The notes: a model not told the origin generated them from the letters alone. A DNA stretch of 53,092 nt, filler included, from Sluysia triapertura (GCA_046118255.1; 4 parts of 4 records of this genome joined end to end with filler, not necessarily neighbours in it); one strand, 5' to 3'; positions 11,041 to 24,587 are shown, counted from the first letter of the whole stretch. Numbers and translations: made by a program.

Positions 11041-11990
11041 TTAATATATATTACGTGCAGTTGAATTATAAAATTGTCCACTTTTTTCATAAGGTATGTA
11101 ATGGTTTTGTTTATTTTCTGAAAATTTATTTGCATAATTGAATTTATAAGAATAATCATTATTACTTTGAGGTGACTTCGGTCTATCTATTTGTTCTTGA
11201 GTAGTATTTTTCATTATTTTTTTCAATTTTTAATCACTATAATTTACTCTTTTAACATTTGAAGATCTTGATCTCTCCTTTGTAACTTTATTCGATTCAT
11301 TTATTAAATTTATATTACGTTCCTTATCATTAATTTGTTTCTCTAATTCTCTAGCTTTTTCTAATGTTGCTTTATATCCTTCAGTATTAGAAGCTCTCAA
11401 TAAAGTTCCTATATTCTTTTAAAGTCCTTTAATAAATCTTTCTGTTAATTTTTTATCAAACTTTTTTCTTTCCTATTCATCATTCATATTGGACGGGTAA
11501 GCCCTTTCAGCTCAAATTCTTAATTGATAAGCATATTCTGCGTCTGTTTCTTCGCGTTGTTGTGTTCTTTCCCTAAACAAATGTTTATTTAAATTTCTTA
11601 TATTATCTCCTACTATATCTTTTATAAAAGCTACTTTTAATTTTTCCCAATCATGTTTCTCTGAATCTGGATTAAATTTAAATACATTGGAAGCATGTCC
11701 AGTAAAAGAGGAAAATTTCAAGCATTTTTCTTTTTCAGTCCATCCAATTGATTCAGCCTCTTCATTATATTCTGATGTGAAATCTAATAATTTATTTTCA
11801 TCTCCAGAAAATTTTTCTACTTTTAGACTTTGGTTAAGTAGAGGGCGATTCATCGCCGTTATAAATTCTGCCATTTGTGCTTTAGTAATAAAATTTTCTT
11901 CAATTATATCATTATTAATAATATTTTCTGCTGTCTTTTTCGTCTGTATCTATAAGACATTTACTACCTCTTCTAGTTGTCAGGTTTATC
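11041..11990 (-). mobile_element. gag: Gypsy gag, decayed
   Basis: ORF 11512..11874 (VEKFSGDENKLLDFTSEYNEEAESIGWTEKEKC...RTQQREETDAEYAYQLR), then RFIKGL and ATLEKARELE, then the low-complexity tail ORF 11041..11226. Confidence 0.85.
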
Positions 11991-12129
11991 TAAAATCTCA
12001 ATAAAATATAACAAAAAATATAAAAGGATTACACAATATATAAAACTTTAATTTAAATAAATTTATTTATTTATCAAGTCTTATAACACACAATAATTAA
12101 AGTGGCACACAATAATAAGTGACAAACAA

Positions 12130-13243
12130 GTAAAAAATGTACCAAATAATGCGACTAAAGCTTGGAAAACAGTGGAAAACACAATATTTTCAGAAGTGGT
12201 CGATTTAGATGACCCTGATTTTTATGAATTGCTAAATAAAATAGAAAATGATGACACAATCAAAGATAATGATCCAAAGGAAAATGAAAGTGAAGTAAAA
12301 AAACAATAATTTAAAAGAAAATAATGATAATGAGATACAAAAGTTAATAAATGAAGTTGGAAACGCTGTAAAACAGAATTATGAACAAAATAAATTAACA
12401 AATACATACAAACTAGAAGAACAGATAGACAAAAGTTTTACAACACAAATTAAAAAGACAAAAGTGCAAAAATTAAAGAATAAACCAAAAGATTTACCAT
12501 TTGCCCAAGAAGCAATGAGAAAAAATAAAACAAAAAATAAAAATAATGTGGGAAATCAAAGATATAAGGAACAATTAAAAGAAGTTGGAGCATCTCTTGA
12601 AAGAATATCATTAAAACCAACTGATAGAGTAAGAATGTTATGCATTATGAAATGCATAAATCCTAGGAAATACTATCAATTTAAAGTGAAGCCTAATGAA
12701 ATAGAAACCCAGTTAGCTGAACTAATTAAAGAAAAGATGTCACAGGTTAGAGCAGGATCTTTAGGATTCATACAACATAATACAATATTGTAATACGAAG
12801 GTGGAGTGATAATTCGACGAACTATAATAGATGGCATCACAAATAACAAGATTACAAGTATAATGGTGCATTTGGCTGTACAAATTTATGACAAAACTAC
12901 ATTCTCGTACGAAGAAAAAGCATGTAAGAAAGCAGTTGAATTATTAACAAAGTATTTATTAAGTTGGATCACTCAAAAAGGAGTATGAAAGGAAGTGATA
13001 GAAGAAATAAAAAATAATAGTCCAAGAATAAACCCACGTCAGGCAGAACTGAACCAGGTAAGTATTAGTCAAAATTTTCAAAGATTACTGACAATAATTT
13101 TAATTTTATGTGGAATAAAACTACCTGGTACAATAGTGGCATATGATTACAGTCATCCGGAGATCGGAAGTAACTTCTCATTAATCGATATAGAAAACTG
13201 TCCAGAAGCAACACCAACTAGACTATTTAATTTAGGAAATTAA
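12130..13243 (+). pseudogene. Long leader plus N-terminus of chuvirus-G / gB-like envelope glycoprotein; truncated by contig end
   Basis: ORFs 12464, 12806 and 12995 are in the same frame, separated by single stops. They end in an internal signal sequence LLTIILILCGIKLPGTIV followed by AYDYSHPEIGSNFSLIDIENC (cf. conserved AYDC...SLxDxxxC; TAC is one base from TGC). Confidence 0.65.
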
Positions 13244-13253
13244 GTACACCATA

Positions 13254-13353
13254 NNNNNNNNNNNNNNNNNNNNNNNNNNNNNNNNNNNNNNNNNNNNTTA
13301 ATTAATTAANNNNNNNNNNNNNNNNNNNNNNNNNNNNNNNNNNNNNNNNNNNN
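13254..13353. other. Artificial contig spacer
   Basis: 44 N + TTAATTAATTAA (stops in all six frames) + 44 N = exactly 100 bp. Confidence 0.98.
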
Positions 13354-14860
13354 GGACTTGAAAAACCTTTAGAAGCATTAAGGTACCTTTGAACTTTAGA
13401 TCATTTAAGACCTTAGTAACCTTTAAGTATTTTGGAACATCGATGAGCATTTGAGATCCTTTAGTAATCTTATAGCGTTTAAAATCTTTAAAATAGTTGA
13501 GAAATAAAATCATTGTTATTGGTATTAGGAATAAATCTAGTATTGTAATAATTAACATGAAGAAGTAGGAAAGGGAATCAGAGAGGTGAAGGTGAAAACA
13601 TTAAGAGCCTCCTGAATGCCTTATAAACTACTAAATAAAACATTTAGACATAAAATAAGATAGATTAAAAATAGATTAATTAATTAAAATCTTAATTAAC
13701 ATAATTAAGAAAAAGTACGTTTTTTGTGAATAACTTTTGAATGCTGAATGCAGTTAAATTTGAAACTGTGTATTTATTTTGAGAAGACCTTTCGATGAAG
13801 GTATGGTTTGACCGAGTTTTAGTTAATTTTTAATTATGGAATGTTGAATTTATTAAACTTAGAATCATGCAAGTACAATGAATTTAATATGAGATTATTG
13901 CTATAGAAGAGAATCTATAAGTAAGTTTGAAATATTTTTTTGAGAATAAGAAGCCTAAAACATTTTCATTAGAAAAATAGGTGTGAAAAACTAGAAATCG
14001 ATTAAATTCTGAAAACTAAAATTAAATTACTTATTTTTTATGCATGTTAACAATCATAATTGTTACATTAATGTGAGAATTAATTTTAGTAAAAGTAGAT
14101 TGAGTAGAGTAAAGGAAAATAATAAATAATCGTAAATGAAATTAAAGTTCTGTATCTATTAAAGTTTGACAGTCTGTACCACGTAAGTATCAAAGGTATT
14201 ATTGTCAGATTAATTCTCAAATAATGTTGCAGTGATATATGTGAAAGAGTGTTTAATCACAAAATTAGAAATTATTGGATAAAATATAAAAAGGAAAACT
14301 TAAAAATTTTATAACACTACGCAGCAACAATTACAATAACAATACAAAAATAATAACAATTAGTAATGCAAATGAAAAGATCCATGCTTAAAGAATATTT
14401 TGAATTTATTTTATCATTAAAAATAATATTATGTTTTGGAGGATTTTATTAAAATAGTTTTTTTGTTCTTGTGTTATGTTGAACAATTTATATTTGATAA
14501 TCGTGAATAATATTTAATATTTTTCTTAGTGTTGCATCACCTGTGATTTCTTTTGATAGATTGTTATATCCTTGAGACTATTATAAACATTATTGTTAAT
14601 CTCGTCATTTTATTCATTTTTAGTACTGCTTAATAGAGATTTATAATAATACTAATTTGTAGTTGATTTTTATTTAACCATTAAATTGTTGTGTTATTGA
14701 TTTGATTTTCCAAGAGCTTAATTTTGTGGTGAATAATTATTGATATTAAATAAGAGAATTATTGAAAATTTATATTTAATCTAGTGAATACTTAAAATAT
14801 TGAGATTCTTTTTACGCTAATTAAATTAATATTTCTTTTTAAATAATTTAATAATTTTCA
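13354..14860 (+). repeat. Dispersed repeat family A copy (unclassified, ~1.5 kb)
   Basis: Colinear with 36990-38540, e.g. TTGAGAAATAAAATC.TTGTTATT, TAATAATTAACAT.AAGAAGTAG, GGTGAAGGTGAAAACAT...GAGCCTCCTGAATG, TTCGATGAAG.TATGGTTTGACC, ATCTAGTGA.TA. Confidence 0.85.
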
Positions 14861-14867
14861 AAAACGC

Positions 14868-14926
<59 letters not shown>

Positions 14927-14943
14927 TAATAGTAATAATAATA
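14868..14943. repeat. (AAT)n microsatellite
   Basis: About 18 perfect AAT units, then degenerate units. Confidence 0.95.
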
Positions 14944-15356
14944 GATGTGATTAATTAATTTTATATTACATCATGACGAACACTCTCGAATTAAAATGAC
15001 ATTTACTAATACCATATTTCCTCACATAACTATTAATATATATTGTTGACATTGACATACTGTATCGAAAGTTATTATGGAAAATAAATTTGTATTTAAA
15101 TGAAATTATGTTAAATTTAAGTTGATACATTATTAAAACAGTAAAGGTGCAAAATTTTGATTTAGCTATATTAATTAAGATAAGAGGACTATTAGAAATA
15201 TTACAAAGGACTACCAATCATCTTTGGTAATTGCTGCGATTTAATAAATTGGAAGCTATCGGAAATTCGATGGAAATTATCGTTGAATTTAGATTATTTA
15301 ACTAGGTTGGCTTATGACCAGCGCAAGGAATAAGTAATTATACAAAGTGAATGTCG

Positions 15357-15529
15357 AATTTCCAACTTCCACAATAATTATTTACTGCTGTATAAGTCAT
15401 CGCTTAAATCATGCAACAGTAGCAGAATAAATTATTAAATTTATACTTCTATTGGTAAATACTTCGACATTAAGTTTAGCAAATGATCGAAATTAGCATA
15501 TTTTGGTATTATTGTGGAAGCTTGAAATT
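15357..15529. mobile_element. MITE-like inverted repeat pair
   Basis: AATTTCCAACTTCCACAATAAT (15357-15378) versus ATTATTGTGGAAGCTTGAAATT (15508-15529); 20/22 complementary. Confidence 0.45.
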
Positions 15530-16130
15530 AAGGTACCTCTGGACTTGTGAACGTTTAAATCATTTAAGACCTTATTGACTTTTAATTAGACTTGAAGCTC
15601 TCAATAAGCATTTAAGATCCCTTAGAACTTTAAAATATTTGAGAAATAAAATCATTGTTATTGGTATTAAAGTGAAATCTACTATGGTAATAATTAACAT
15701 GAAGACGTAGAAAAGGAATCAGAGATATGAAAGTGAAAACATCAATTAAATTCGAAAAACAAAAATTAAATTCATTATTTTTATGTATGTTAACAGTAAT
15801 AATGATTGTTATTTTAATGTGAGAAGTAATATAAGTAAAAGTAGATTAAATAGAGTAAACGAAAATAGATGATCATAAATCAAATTTTTGTTTTGTACTT
15901 AATAACGTTTGACAAGCTGTACCACGTAATTGTCAAAACTATTATTGTCGGTTTAATTCCCTGAAGTTTGATTATTTGTGTATCTGCTTGATTGTGAAAC
16001 CGAGGATTGATTGGATGATGAAAAAATATAAAAGGAAATACTTACAACCATTAATGCGGGATTATTGTCTTGAAGATAGAGGATTAATGTAGGTAAAATT
16101 TTAATTTACTTTATTTTATTATTTGGTTAT
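15530..16130 (+). repeat. Dispersed repeat family A copy (internally deleted; may extend to ~16700)
   Basis: Shares ATCATTTAAGACCTT, TTGAGAAATAAAATCATTGTTATTGGTATTA, AGTAAAAGTAGATT and CTGTACCACGTAA with 13354-14200. Confidence 0.85.
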
Positions 16131-16699
16131 TTTAATAATTAAAATATTCTTTAAAAATTTTATATTTTATTATTAAAGAATAAATTTGAGCTACAGCTAA
16201 AATATTATATTTAGGAAAGACTATTTAGTGCGTTATATATAGTTCTTACGTTTTTGTCGAGATTTAACAATTATTAATTTTGAAGTTACAATCATAATAA
16301 ATTTTGGAAGATTATTTATTTATTTAAAAATATTTAGAACCTCTTTTAGAGGAAGTAAATAATTTACGTTTTGTGTTATGTCAGTCCTGGTCTTTTTTGT
16401 GTAAACTATTATTTTAAATTATTATAGATGACAGTATTTTTTGGATATTTTAGAATTTTTGTTTGATAACTTCATTTTGTAAAGTTTTATTGTTTCATTG
16501 TTATATTTACATTATATTGAATATAATGAAGTTTGGATCTTTTGATTTAATTATTCTTAATTTTAATTAAGTAATTAAATTGATTTAATAGTAACAAGGA
16601 ATAAATTCAATTTAATTAAATAAATTGATTTGGAGTGTAGATAAATAAAAATTATATGTAACATTTGTATTAGATTTAATAATATTCATATTCAGATTT

Positions 16700-17330
16700 C
16701 ATTTTCACATTCATCAAGATTTCAAGTTAAATTGATTTTGCTATTATGTTATTGTTATATATCATTAAACAAAGACGTAATAAACATAACACAGAATTTT
16801 AATTAACACTTTTTACATTATTTTTGTATTATTTTGGTGTTCATTACACTGATAAATTTCATTATTTATACTAATCTCTCAAATATTCATAACATTTACA
16901 AAGATATTCAATTAAGATGGTTTTAAAATGATTTATATTAATATTAAATTTATTGAAAATCAAAACTTTATCATATGAACATTTCATTCAACTATCATAT
17001 GTACAAATTAATAACTAATTTATTTCATTCCCACCTTTCTTTATATTACAACTGACTCTTTCATATAAACCTCATCCTTCAACGACAAAAATTTTTCGTG
17101 CTCTAAATTTTAATATTCCTAACATTTAAACCTCACATCATATTTGTTTATTAAATTAATAAATAAAACTAATACTAATAATTTCAACCATACACCACTC
17201 TTTAAACAACGTGCACAGATCATATACTGATCTATTACACACTAAAAAATATTTCCCTTTTACTATCACCAAATCCAAGTACAAGATAACCGTCAAAAAG
17301 TGTCAGCACCAAACCAATTAAAACCACATG
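16700..17330 (-). repeat. Highly diverged inverted copy of repeat family A
   Basis: Reverse complement of ~17067-17096 (AAAAATTTTTGTCGTTGAAGGATGAGGTTT) matches AAAAATATTTTTCGATGAAGTTATGGTTT at ~37393-37421. Boundaries approximate. Confidence 0.4.
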
Positions 17331-17539
17331 TTCGAGAATGATAACTCTACAGAACACGTCGCATTTATCTATTAATGATTATTAATTTTCTAAATGAATT
17401 AAACTTCAATATCATAAACGAGACAATGGGTGGACTAAAAACTTGCAAAATACAATACAGATACGTACCAATTTCGAGACAAAAAAGAAGTGTTAACAAG
17501 AATTAATTGGGTGATTTAAAGTAGTATGTCATAATTATG

Positions 17540-18285
17540 TTATACTTTCGACAGCATGATACCACTTAATTAATTCAGGATTCAGAAACTAAAATTTACT
17601 GAAATTAGTTTTCATATAACAAAAATGTTATTAAGAAAGGACAAGAGCAAGGTCGTACACAATTTTTAAGCATTGTATGAAAATTTGAGTTATTTTGCAC
17701 AATGGGAATATCTGTGACAATGAGAATATCTGTGATTACCTAGGAATGTTAAAAAGTAGGATGAGATCAGCTCCAAAACTGTATTTAGTAAAAATCCATT
17801 TTCGATATTTTATCTAAGTTAGTTATAAATGAATATTTGAATATAGATCTCATGATAATGTAGACACTTAGACAAATACAATATGCACAAATAAATTACA
17901 CAAGATTAGAAGAGCGAAAAATTCCATTTAAAATATTGTCAATGTCATAAATTAATCCGGGTCAAAAAGGCAATTAAAGCATTTTTAAAAATATAACGTC
18001 AGAGTGGAAACTTATTAATACGTGCTAATGGTCAAATATGCATTCGAAATGAAAACGGGAATATTTACTTGACCATGTTTCGCAATGCTAGACATGAAAA
18101 ATGCAACAGAGAGAAGAAATGATTCGCAGCCATTAGGTGAATCATTTCAAAAAATTATACTGATTTTGTGGTTTTCTCAAAATTTTTGTACAAAATAAAC
18201 ATCGTTTATGCTTGGAATGATTGACCACTGTAGTTTATTATACGTGTCAGGTCAGAGCATTGAAACAATGATTAAAATAAGGTAA
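17540..18285 (+). mobile_element. Heavily decayed LTR-retrotransposon pol remnant (RT end to integrase)
   Basis: Fragments in order: SFHITKMLLRKDKSKV (RT thumb-like), *WSNMH...REY (integrase Zn region), QPLGESFQKI/YTDFV, FMLGMIDHCSLLYVSGQSIETMIK (integrase core start). Confidence 0.45.
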
Positions 18286-20155
18286 GAAGTTACGAACACA
18301 CGTAATTAAAATCTTTAATTCCGAAAGTTAATCTTTTTGGTATTAAATTTTAAAATAATTCAATAATTTAGTTAATTTAATTTTATATCAAGTTTCTATA
18401 ATCCAACACAATTGTTACATTAATTGTCAAATTTAAAATTCAAATCAAATGACTCGAATTATAATGACTAAAACCCAGAACAATTAATTCCAAATTGTCA
18501 ATTAGTTATCTTATCTGTTATGTCATCATTACCAGTGGAAACTTTAATTTATGTAGTATATTTCACTGTAGTTTAATTCCATTCATTCCATACTTCATTT
18601 CTCCTATAGTGATACTCTATTAAATAGTTAATTTAATTTTTTATAGTATCCTATAATTGATTTTAATACATTGTCGTGATAATATAGCCAATTTCATCTG
18701 TATATTAATTAATTTTCCTCTACAACATTAATTTGGACATACATTAATACATTTATTTAGTATTTACATTTATTTGCATTAGTTTCTATTATTAGTCTTA
18801 CTTTTTATTTCTATTTTGGCTTTCTTCGGTGCCTCTGTTTGACCTGTAAACTTAATTCACTACTAATTAGCTGTAACACTTTTACATTCTGTTTTTATGG
18901 TTTACTATCCTTTACTCCTTGATTTCAGAACTTTTAAGATATTTATATTAAAGTTACTGAGATATTCTTTTAAAATTACTAAAATAGATTAATTTTTTAA
19001 GATTTACTATAAGGCAAATTAATATTTGAATCAATAGTAGGCGTATACACACCTTATATTTAGTCATACTTCGACATGGAAAAATTAATAGATAAAAGAA
19101 ATATCCGTAGAACATATTCATCAACGAACTTCGTTCAACAGTTTTGCATTTTTAATTTTTAAATGTACATTTTTACACTTCACTGGTACTATCAAGCATT
19201 TATTACTGAAACTATTCGCAAATATTATATTGATACTTTTCCTTTTTTGAATATTGATTTTCATTTAGTTCGATTTGTTATATTTTTCACTCATATTATT
19301 TAGATACATAGTTAAATTGGATTCTAAATGGAAAACTTTACCTGCTTTATCCGACAGAAAGAAATATGCATCTTTATAAAATCAATATTCCAATTAAATC
19401 AAATAATTTTAAATTTTCTTTACTTTGGAAATAATATTCAATAGGCATTATATTTAGTATTGAACGTTATTCGATTTTGAAATTTGTTTAATTATTGGAC
19501 TGTAGTGTAAGATAACATTTAGTAATTGCACATATTAGATGAAATATTGTCACATTAAACATTTCCTAACTATCTGTGGATTACTGATTATAAATTCGTA
19601 AGCCATTATAAAAGATTAAACAAGATCCAGTAGCTTTGTTATTGTTTATAATAAACATGCATTCTAGTTTCAATAGAGATTAATAGTGTTACTATTAATA
19701 GTGTTATTCATTAATGCAAAATTATTTTATTTATCTTTTTGATTTTTATATCATTTTAAATTAAAATAATTAACATTACAATCGAAATTAAATTACATTA
19801 TACAAAAAATAAAAACTTTAGGAATTACAAAGTTATAAATTAGAGTGTTTTAATTAATAACCAACCTTCACAATATCCAATTCTGAAATGTTTTGACTGA
19901 TGCTTGATTATCTAAATACAAAAAATACTTTACACAAATACCCTCGGATTTTCGTAATAATACGACCCAAACACAATCAATTAAAGAAATGCAAACCACA
20001 TAAACCAAACACGCCAAAGTAAGAATGTTAAATATATATTCACAATTTATTTTTTATAAATTACAGAACAAAATAATAAACATTAAATCATTAAAATCTT
20101 GTTCTAAAAATAATTTTCAATACTGTACTAATGATGATAATGACGGTGACAAAAA

Positions 20156-23100
20156 TTAAGTTATTACAGTAGGTTTATTTTGTTCAATGAGGCGGTCATC
20201 TTTGTGTATGAAACCCGACGAACCATTCCGATGGCGACTTGATAACCAATTTTTGAAACATTCATTACTATATTTAATTGCACATTCTGCTGAACAAAAT
20301 TCATCATTCCACTGTACATTTGAAATCGCTTTTTTAGCACACTTATCACGTATACATTTGATGTGTTTCTCTTTATTTACGCTTATATCTGTATTATTTG
20401 TTATTTGAGTTATTGTATCAACTGCATCCATATATTTTGTGAATGGAGAAACATCTTCATTTGTGGTCTGAAAATGGCGGTTATAGTTGAAAATGTAAAT
20501 AAAATATGTAAATTGTAAAGTTCAATTTCGTTAAATTAACCGCTTATATTTGTAATTAAATTGTGTACTAAACCTAACAAACTTAAGTAGTATATTTATG
20601 TATACTTTAACTTCACCCGAAGCAGCCTTTTCCTCAATGACCAATTCATATTTGTTTTATTTAAGCACATAGGATAAACTAAATAAATTCTAATTCTTAT
20701 TACTATTCATAAATAATGAGCAACTTGTCATTTGCAATATGTAACTGCAAGCATTGTATAATTTTATACTTTATATATTGTAAAATACTATCGTTTATTT
20801 ATTTACAAGTAATTTACACAATAATTTAAAACTGTATTACAATATTTGTATAACTGAAGTTTTGTTTCAATGTTTTAGCAAATTATATTTTACTCAATTC
20901 TAATACCAGTTACTAATAACTATTCTTAGTTCCACGTTACGCATATTAACCCTTTCGCGCCTAATGGTTAATGTATCCTACTAAATGTACTAAATATATT
21001 GAAATAAGTACACGGGGAAATCGATTTCGCTTAATATATTATATCGCTACTAATACATAAAAAACGCAAATCATGTAATATACGACGGTTACTAATGATT
21101 CAGTTGCAGATATGTAGTGAAAATTTGTAAATTACGAAATTAAGTCGGCGCGAAAGAGCTAAGGTAATTATGTTAACTTACTCAGTTATTAATGTTTAGC
21201 GAAATTTTGTAGTTAATTATTAAAATTAAAAATTAATTTATTCGTGAACTTGACAAACATAATTAATCTAGTTTCACTCTTACTTCATTTTGATAAATAG
21301 ACCTGCAACGTTCATCAACTTTGTATTTCTGATATTAGACTAATCAATTGTTTTATCTTTTTGCGAAATTAGAAAATCTTAATTTTACTTAAATCTTAGA
21401 CATCTGTTTGTGTTTTAATTAATGATAAATGTGGAATATTTTTTGCATTATTTATTGTAACTTTAATCATAATTTAAAACTCATTTATTTATGCTAAAAA
21501 TATTTCTCGATTTTCAAAACTCAAACTTTAATTCACATAATTTATAACACTGTTAAAATCAAAATTAGGTTGATAGCAGGATCATTTATGAGCAAATTTT
21601 TCTATTATTTTATTGTCATTTTTCTTATTTACGGAATGTAGCCTACAATTATCTTTTTTATTTATTGATTTTTAAAAATGATAGAGAAATGTGTAATACA
21701 AATTTTCAAGATGTTTCCTTTACGCAAATTTATTTCAATTTCAAAAATCAACGTGCATCGCAATGCAATGAAGATGAGTACATTTTATATTATTTTCATT
21801 TATATAGTCATTTATTTTATATTCAATTAGTTTACAAATGTATTTATCTTTTAGTTACATTTGAAATTAAAAACTGAATGTTTTAATGTAATATTAAATT
21901 CGATAGAAATGATTAACGATGTCATCACATGCCATACCTTCGTTAATTTCCAACGAAATGTTAATGGTTGAAAATTAACTCTAAAAATACCGAAATATAA
22001 AAATTTACATTATCACACAATTTTGTTAATTTTTCTAAAATTATTTGGTATCATATTAAATGTATTCAATTCCTGCTTTGAGACAAAACAACATTTAAAA
22101 TATAAACTAACTATTCAATATGGAATAAAATATAAATTTTTACATCACATATAGTTAAATTAAAATTAATCCATGTAACTTATTTAATTTCACTTGTATT
22201 AATTTCAAAATTTATAATATTTTATTACTCTAAAATATTTGTTACTTTCAACAAAATTAATCTAAAAGCACAAGTGACTTTAATAAAACCGACGCAAATT
22301 TTCTCCACGTCGTAATAGGAACAGTAATCGATAAATACGAAATTTACAAAACAATATATTCTGAACATTATTTTACTGTAATCCATGATTTTGATCAAAG
22401 ACTATAAATTAAAATAGTCAGTAAATTTTAATGCTATATTACTTACATTTAGTTGGAGAATTAAATTTTGTATATTATTTTTCAATTATGTTTACTTTTT
22501 ATAATTTTATTGTAAATGTCGCGAAAATGAAGCTTACCAAATGTAACTAATCATACCTAATATATATTAACACATCGTATGCAGGGCTGGGTTAATGTGA
22601 CTTGCTATTTGTCGTGGTCAACTAGTCATTATAAATTAGTGGAATTTTCAAGTTTTAAATACAAATAACGTGTTACTCTAAATATAAACTAACTGTGAAC
22701 ACAGTCACCCACTTTTAGAAGTTTTTCATAAAATATATTAATCTTTTTCAAAAGGACAGTAATTCCCGTTTCCGGCATACAATGCGTTAATTACAAAAGA
22801 TAGTGTAAAAAGAAATTTAAATAAAATTTGCTGCCTCAAAAGATTAAAAATTCATAATTACGAATAATATAACACACGTCAAATTTTATAACATTAAAAC
22901 GAAAACTAACTTGTCATTCCATCAAACATAAAATCACAATATTTTATTTCCACAATTTTAATTTGTTTCATTAAACTTATATAAAAAAAACTTCAAAATT
23001 TACTTTTTATCACAAATATTGATTAAAATACCTTGTTGAAATTATTTAATTTTTTTTACCTAAATTGGATAAGAAATGTCCCCAATAAAAATATAAATCT

Positions 23101-23837
23101 TACGTATCAAAATTATTATAATCAACCTTTTTTATCTTGGTAAGAACAAGACGTATTTTATGACATTATATAAAAACATGCTAAATAAAGCAATATGAAT
23201 GATATTTAAAAAATCTTAATGATTAAAATAATTTTACTAATCCCTAGCAACTAATCCAATTTAATTTTAAGAAAATAAACACTACATTTTCGAATTTTAA
23301 TGACGTGCTATTTTCTTCAATCTTAGATTTAGGCAAATTTGTTGAAATTGTTCCATTTGAAGCTGCTGTTAAAACTGTGTTGTCATCTGATTTTGCTGGT
23401 TTTATCGATGAAGATTTTGGTGGTGATTTAGCTGTATTTGACTCACCAACGCCATCTTCATCACAAATAGTTTTTATTATTGCTGTCTTTTTCGGTATTT
23501 TAGGCATTGATAATATATCAATTTTAGATATTGATTTAACTGGTGATATATTGTTACTTATTATTAAAGGTGATACGTTATTTAAAGGGCTCGAATTTGA
23601 TGTCCTCTTAGATTTCTCAAGTTTCTTGAAAGATTTTGAAGAATCGCGTTTCAATATATTGTTTTCTGTGACAATCACAGTATTGCCTATGGAATTTGTA
23701 GGAGACGTAGAACTGGAACTAGACGTAGCGTTTATAACATCAGTATTGTATTTGATTTTCTTTTTGGGCGGTAAAACTAGTTTGGGTTTCGCTTCAAGAA
23801 CTTTCTCTTGAGAATCTGCTTGCACTTTAGGAAATAC
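20156..23837 (-). CDS. TOX4: TOX/TOX4-like protein, last two recognisable exons (23837-23286 and 20467-20156); HMG-box exons not in this contig
   Basis: The terminal exon encodes KCIRDKCAKKAISNVQWNDEFCSAECAIKYSNECFKNWLSSR, matching the TOX4-type C-terminal Cys motif (CVRSGC...WDNEYCSNECVVKHCRDVF.AW). Phase-0 AG acceptors at 20469-20468 and 23839-23838, GT donor at 23285-23284. The upstream exon is S/K/P-rich with an NLS-like PPKKKIK; its linkage to the terminal exon is inferred. Confidence 0.75.
20950..21158. mobile_element. piggyBac-like MITE (209 bp) in TOX intron
   Basis: TTAA|CCCTTTCGCGCC ... GGCGCGAAAGAG|CTAA: 12-bp TIR with 1 mismatch and a TTAA/CTAA target site. Confidence 0.7.
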
Positions 23838-24357
23838 CTAAATATCGATATTAATTATGTAAAATAAATTTCCCGTTTTATGAATAATATAATGTACAAA
23901 CTCCTTAATATAAAATTATACTTATATATATTGTTTTCTATAAACATGTAAAACAATGATATTGAAAATATAGTTGACATTGAAAGTAAACATGGAAGCC
24001 ATATTTTTAAGTTGTGTACATTCAATTGCTAATAACAATGACTTTAATTAAAAATATTTACTACTTAATATTACAATAATATTACTTTAAAATATTGATG
24101 TCTAATTTATATTTATATAATGAGACCATTTTCTATGCATTAGTTAATTTTTTACTATAATATTGGTTTGGTCATATTATAATTTATCTATTTATTTTAT
24201 AATTTATCTATTTATCTATTATAATTTATTTATTTAATATTATTTAGTATTCATTTGTATTGCTAATATTCAATTTCATTTTTATCCATTAGGCTGTTTT
24301 CAAATTTTTCATGAATAAAAATAAAATCATTTGGATTTGAAATTTTGTTCTTTTCGT

Positions 24358-24544
24358 TTAACCTTTATATACTTTCCATTTACTAAAATGAGTCGCATAC
24401 ATACGACATACGGTACCATAACCCAGCGTCGCTTGTAGGCGATATAAATATAACGTTAAGAAATCCAATGCCATTAAAAAAGAAAATTTTCTTTGGGATA
24501 TGATATAAGTTTTTCTTCTCAAGCTCTGGTAGCGAAAGCATTAA
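24358..24544. mobile_element. Degenerate piggyBac-like MITE
   Basis: Right end GGTAGCGAAAGCA|TTAA and weak left end TTAA|CCTTT. Internal imperfect palindromes GTCGCATACATACGAC and TCGCTTGTAGGCGA. Confidence 0.35.
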
Positions 24545-24587
24545 TATAATTATATTTTGCTATTGTTACATTATTAGGTTGTATATA

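Larger units (their letters stand above)
6590..11990 (-). mobile_element. Decayed Ty3/Gypsy LTR retrotransposon with ~2.5 kb of accessory ORFs between integrase and 3' LTR; PR/RT largely deleted, 5' LTR not found
   Basis: Same-strand order: gag (11990-11041), RT connection/RNase H (10910-10690), integrase (10669-9458), accessory ORFs (9340-7183), PPT (6890-6879), LTR starting TGTAACA at 6878. RH-IN order and the GPY/F motif indicate Gypsy. Confidence 0.85.

Noticed and set aside
13254-13558. N-flanked TTAATTAATTAA repeated three times, and ORFs 13298..13558 and 39822..40010 that run into it
   Set aside because: Exactly 100-bp synthetic spacer with six-frame stops; an assembly concatenation artefact, not a biological repeat.
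23305-23811. 168-aa plus-strand ORF; also 11687..12004, 20187..20408, 30866..31120, 4945..5166, 7334..7591
   Set aside because: Antisense or alternate-frame shadows of better-supported ORFs.
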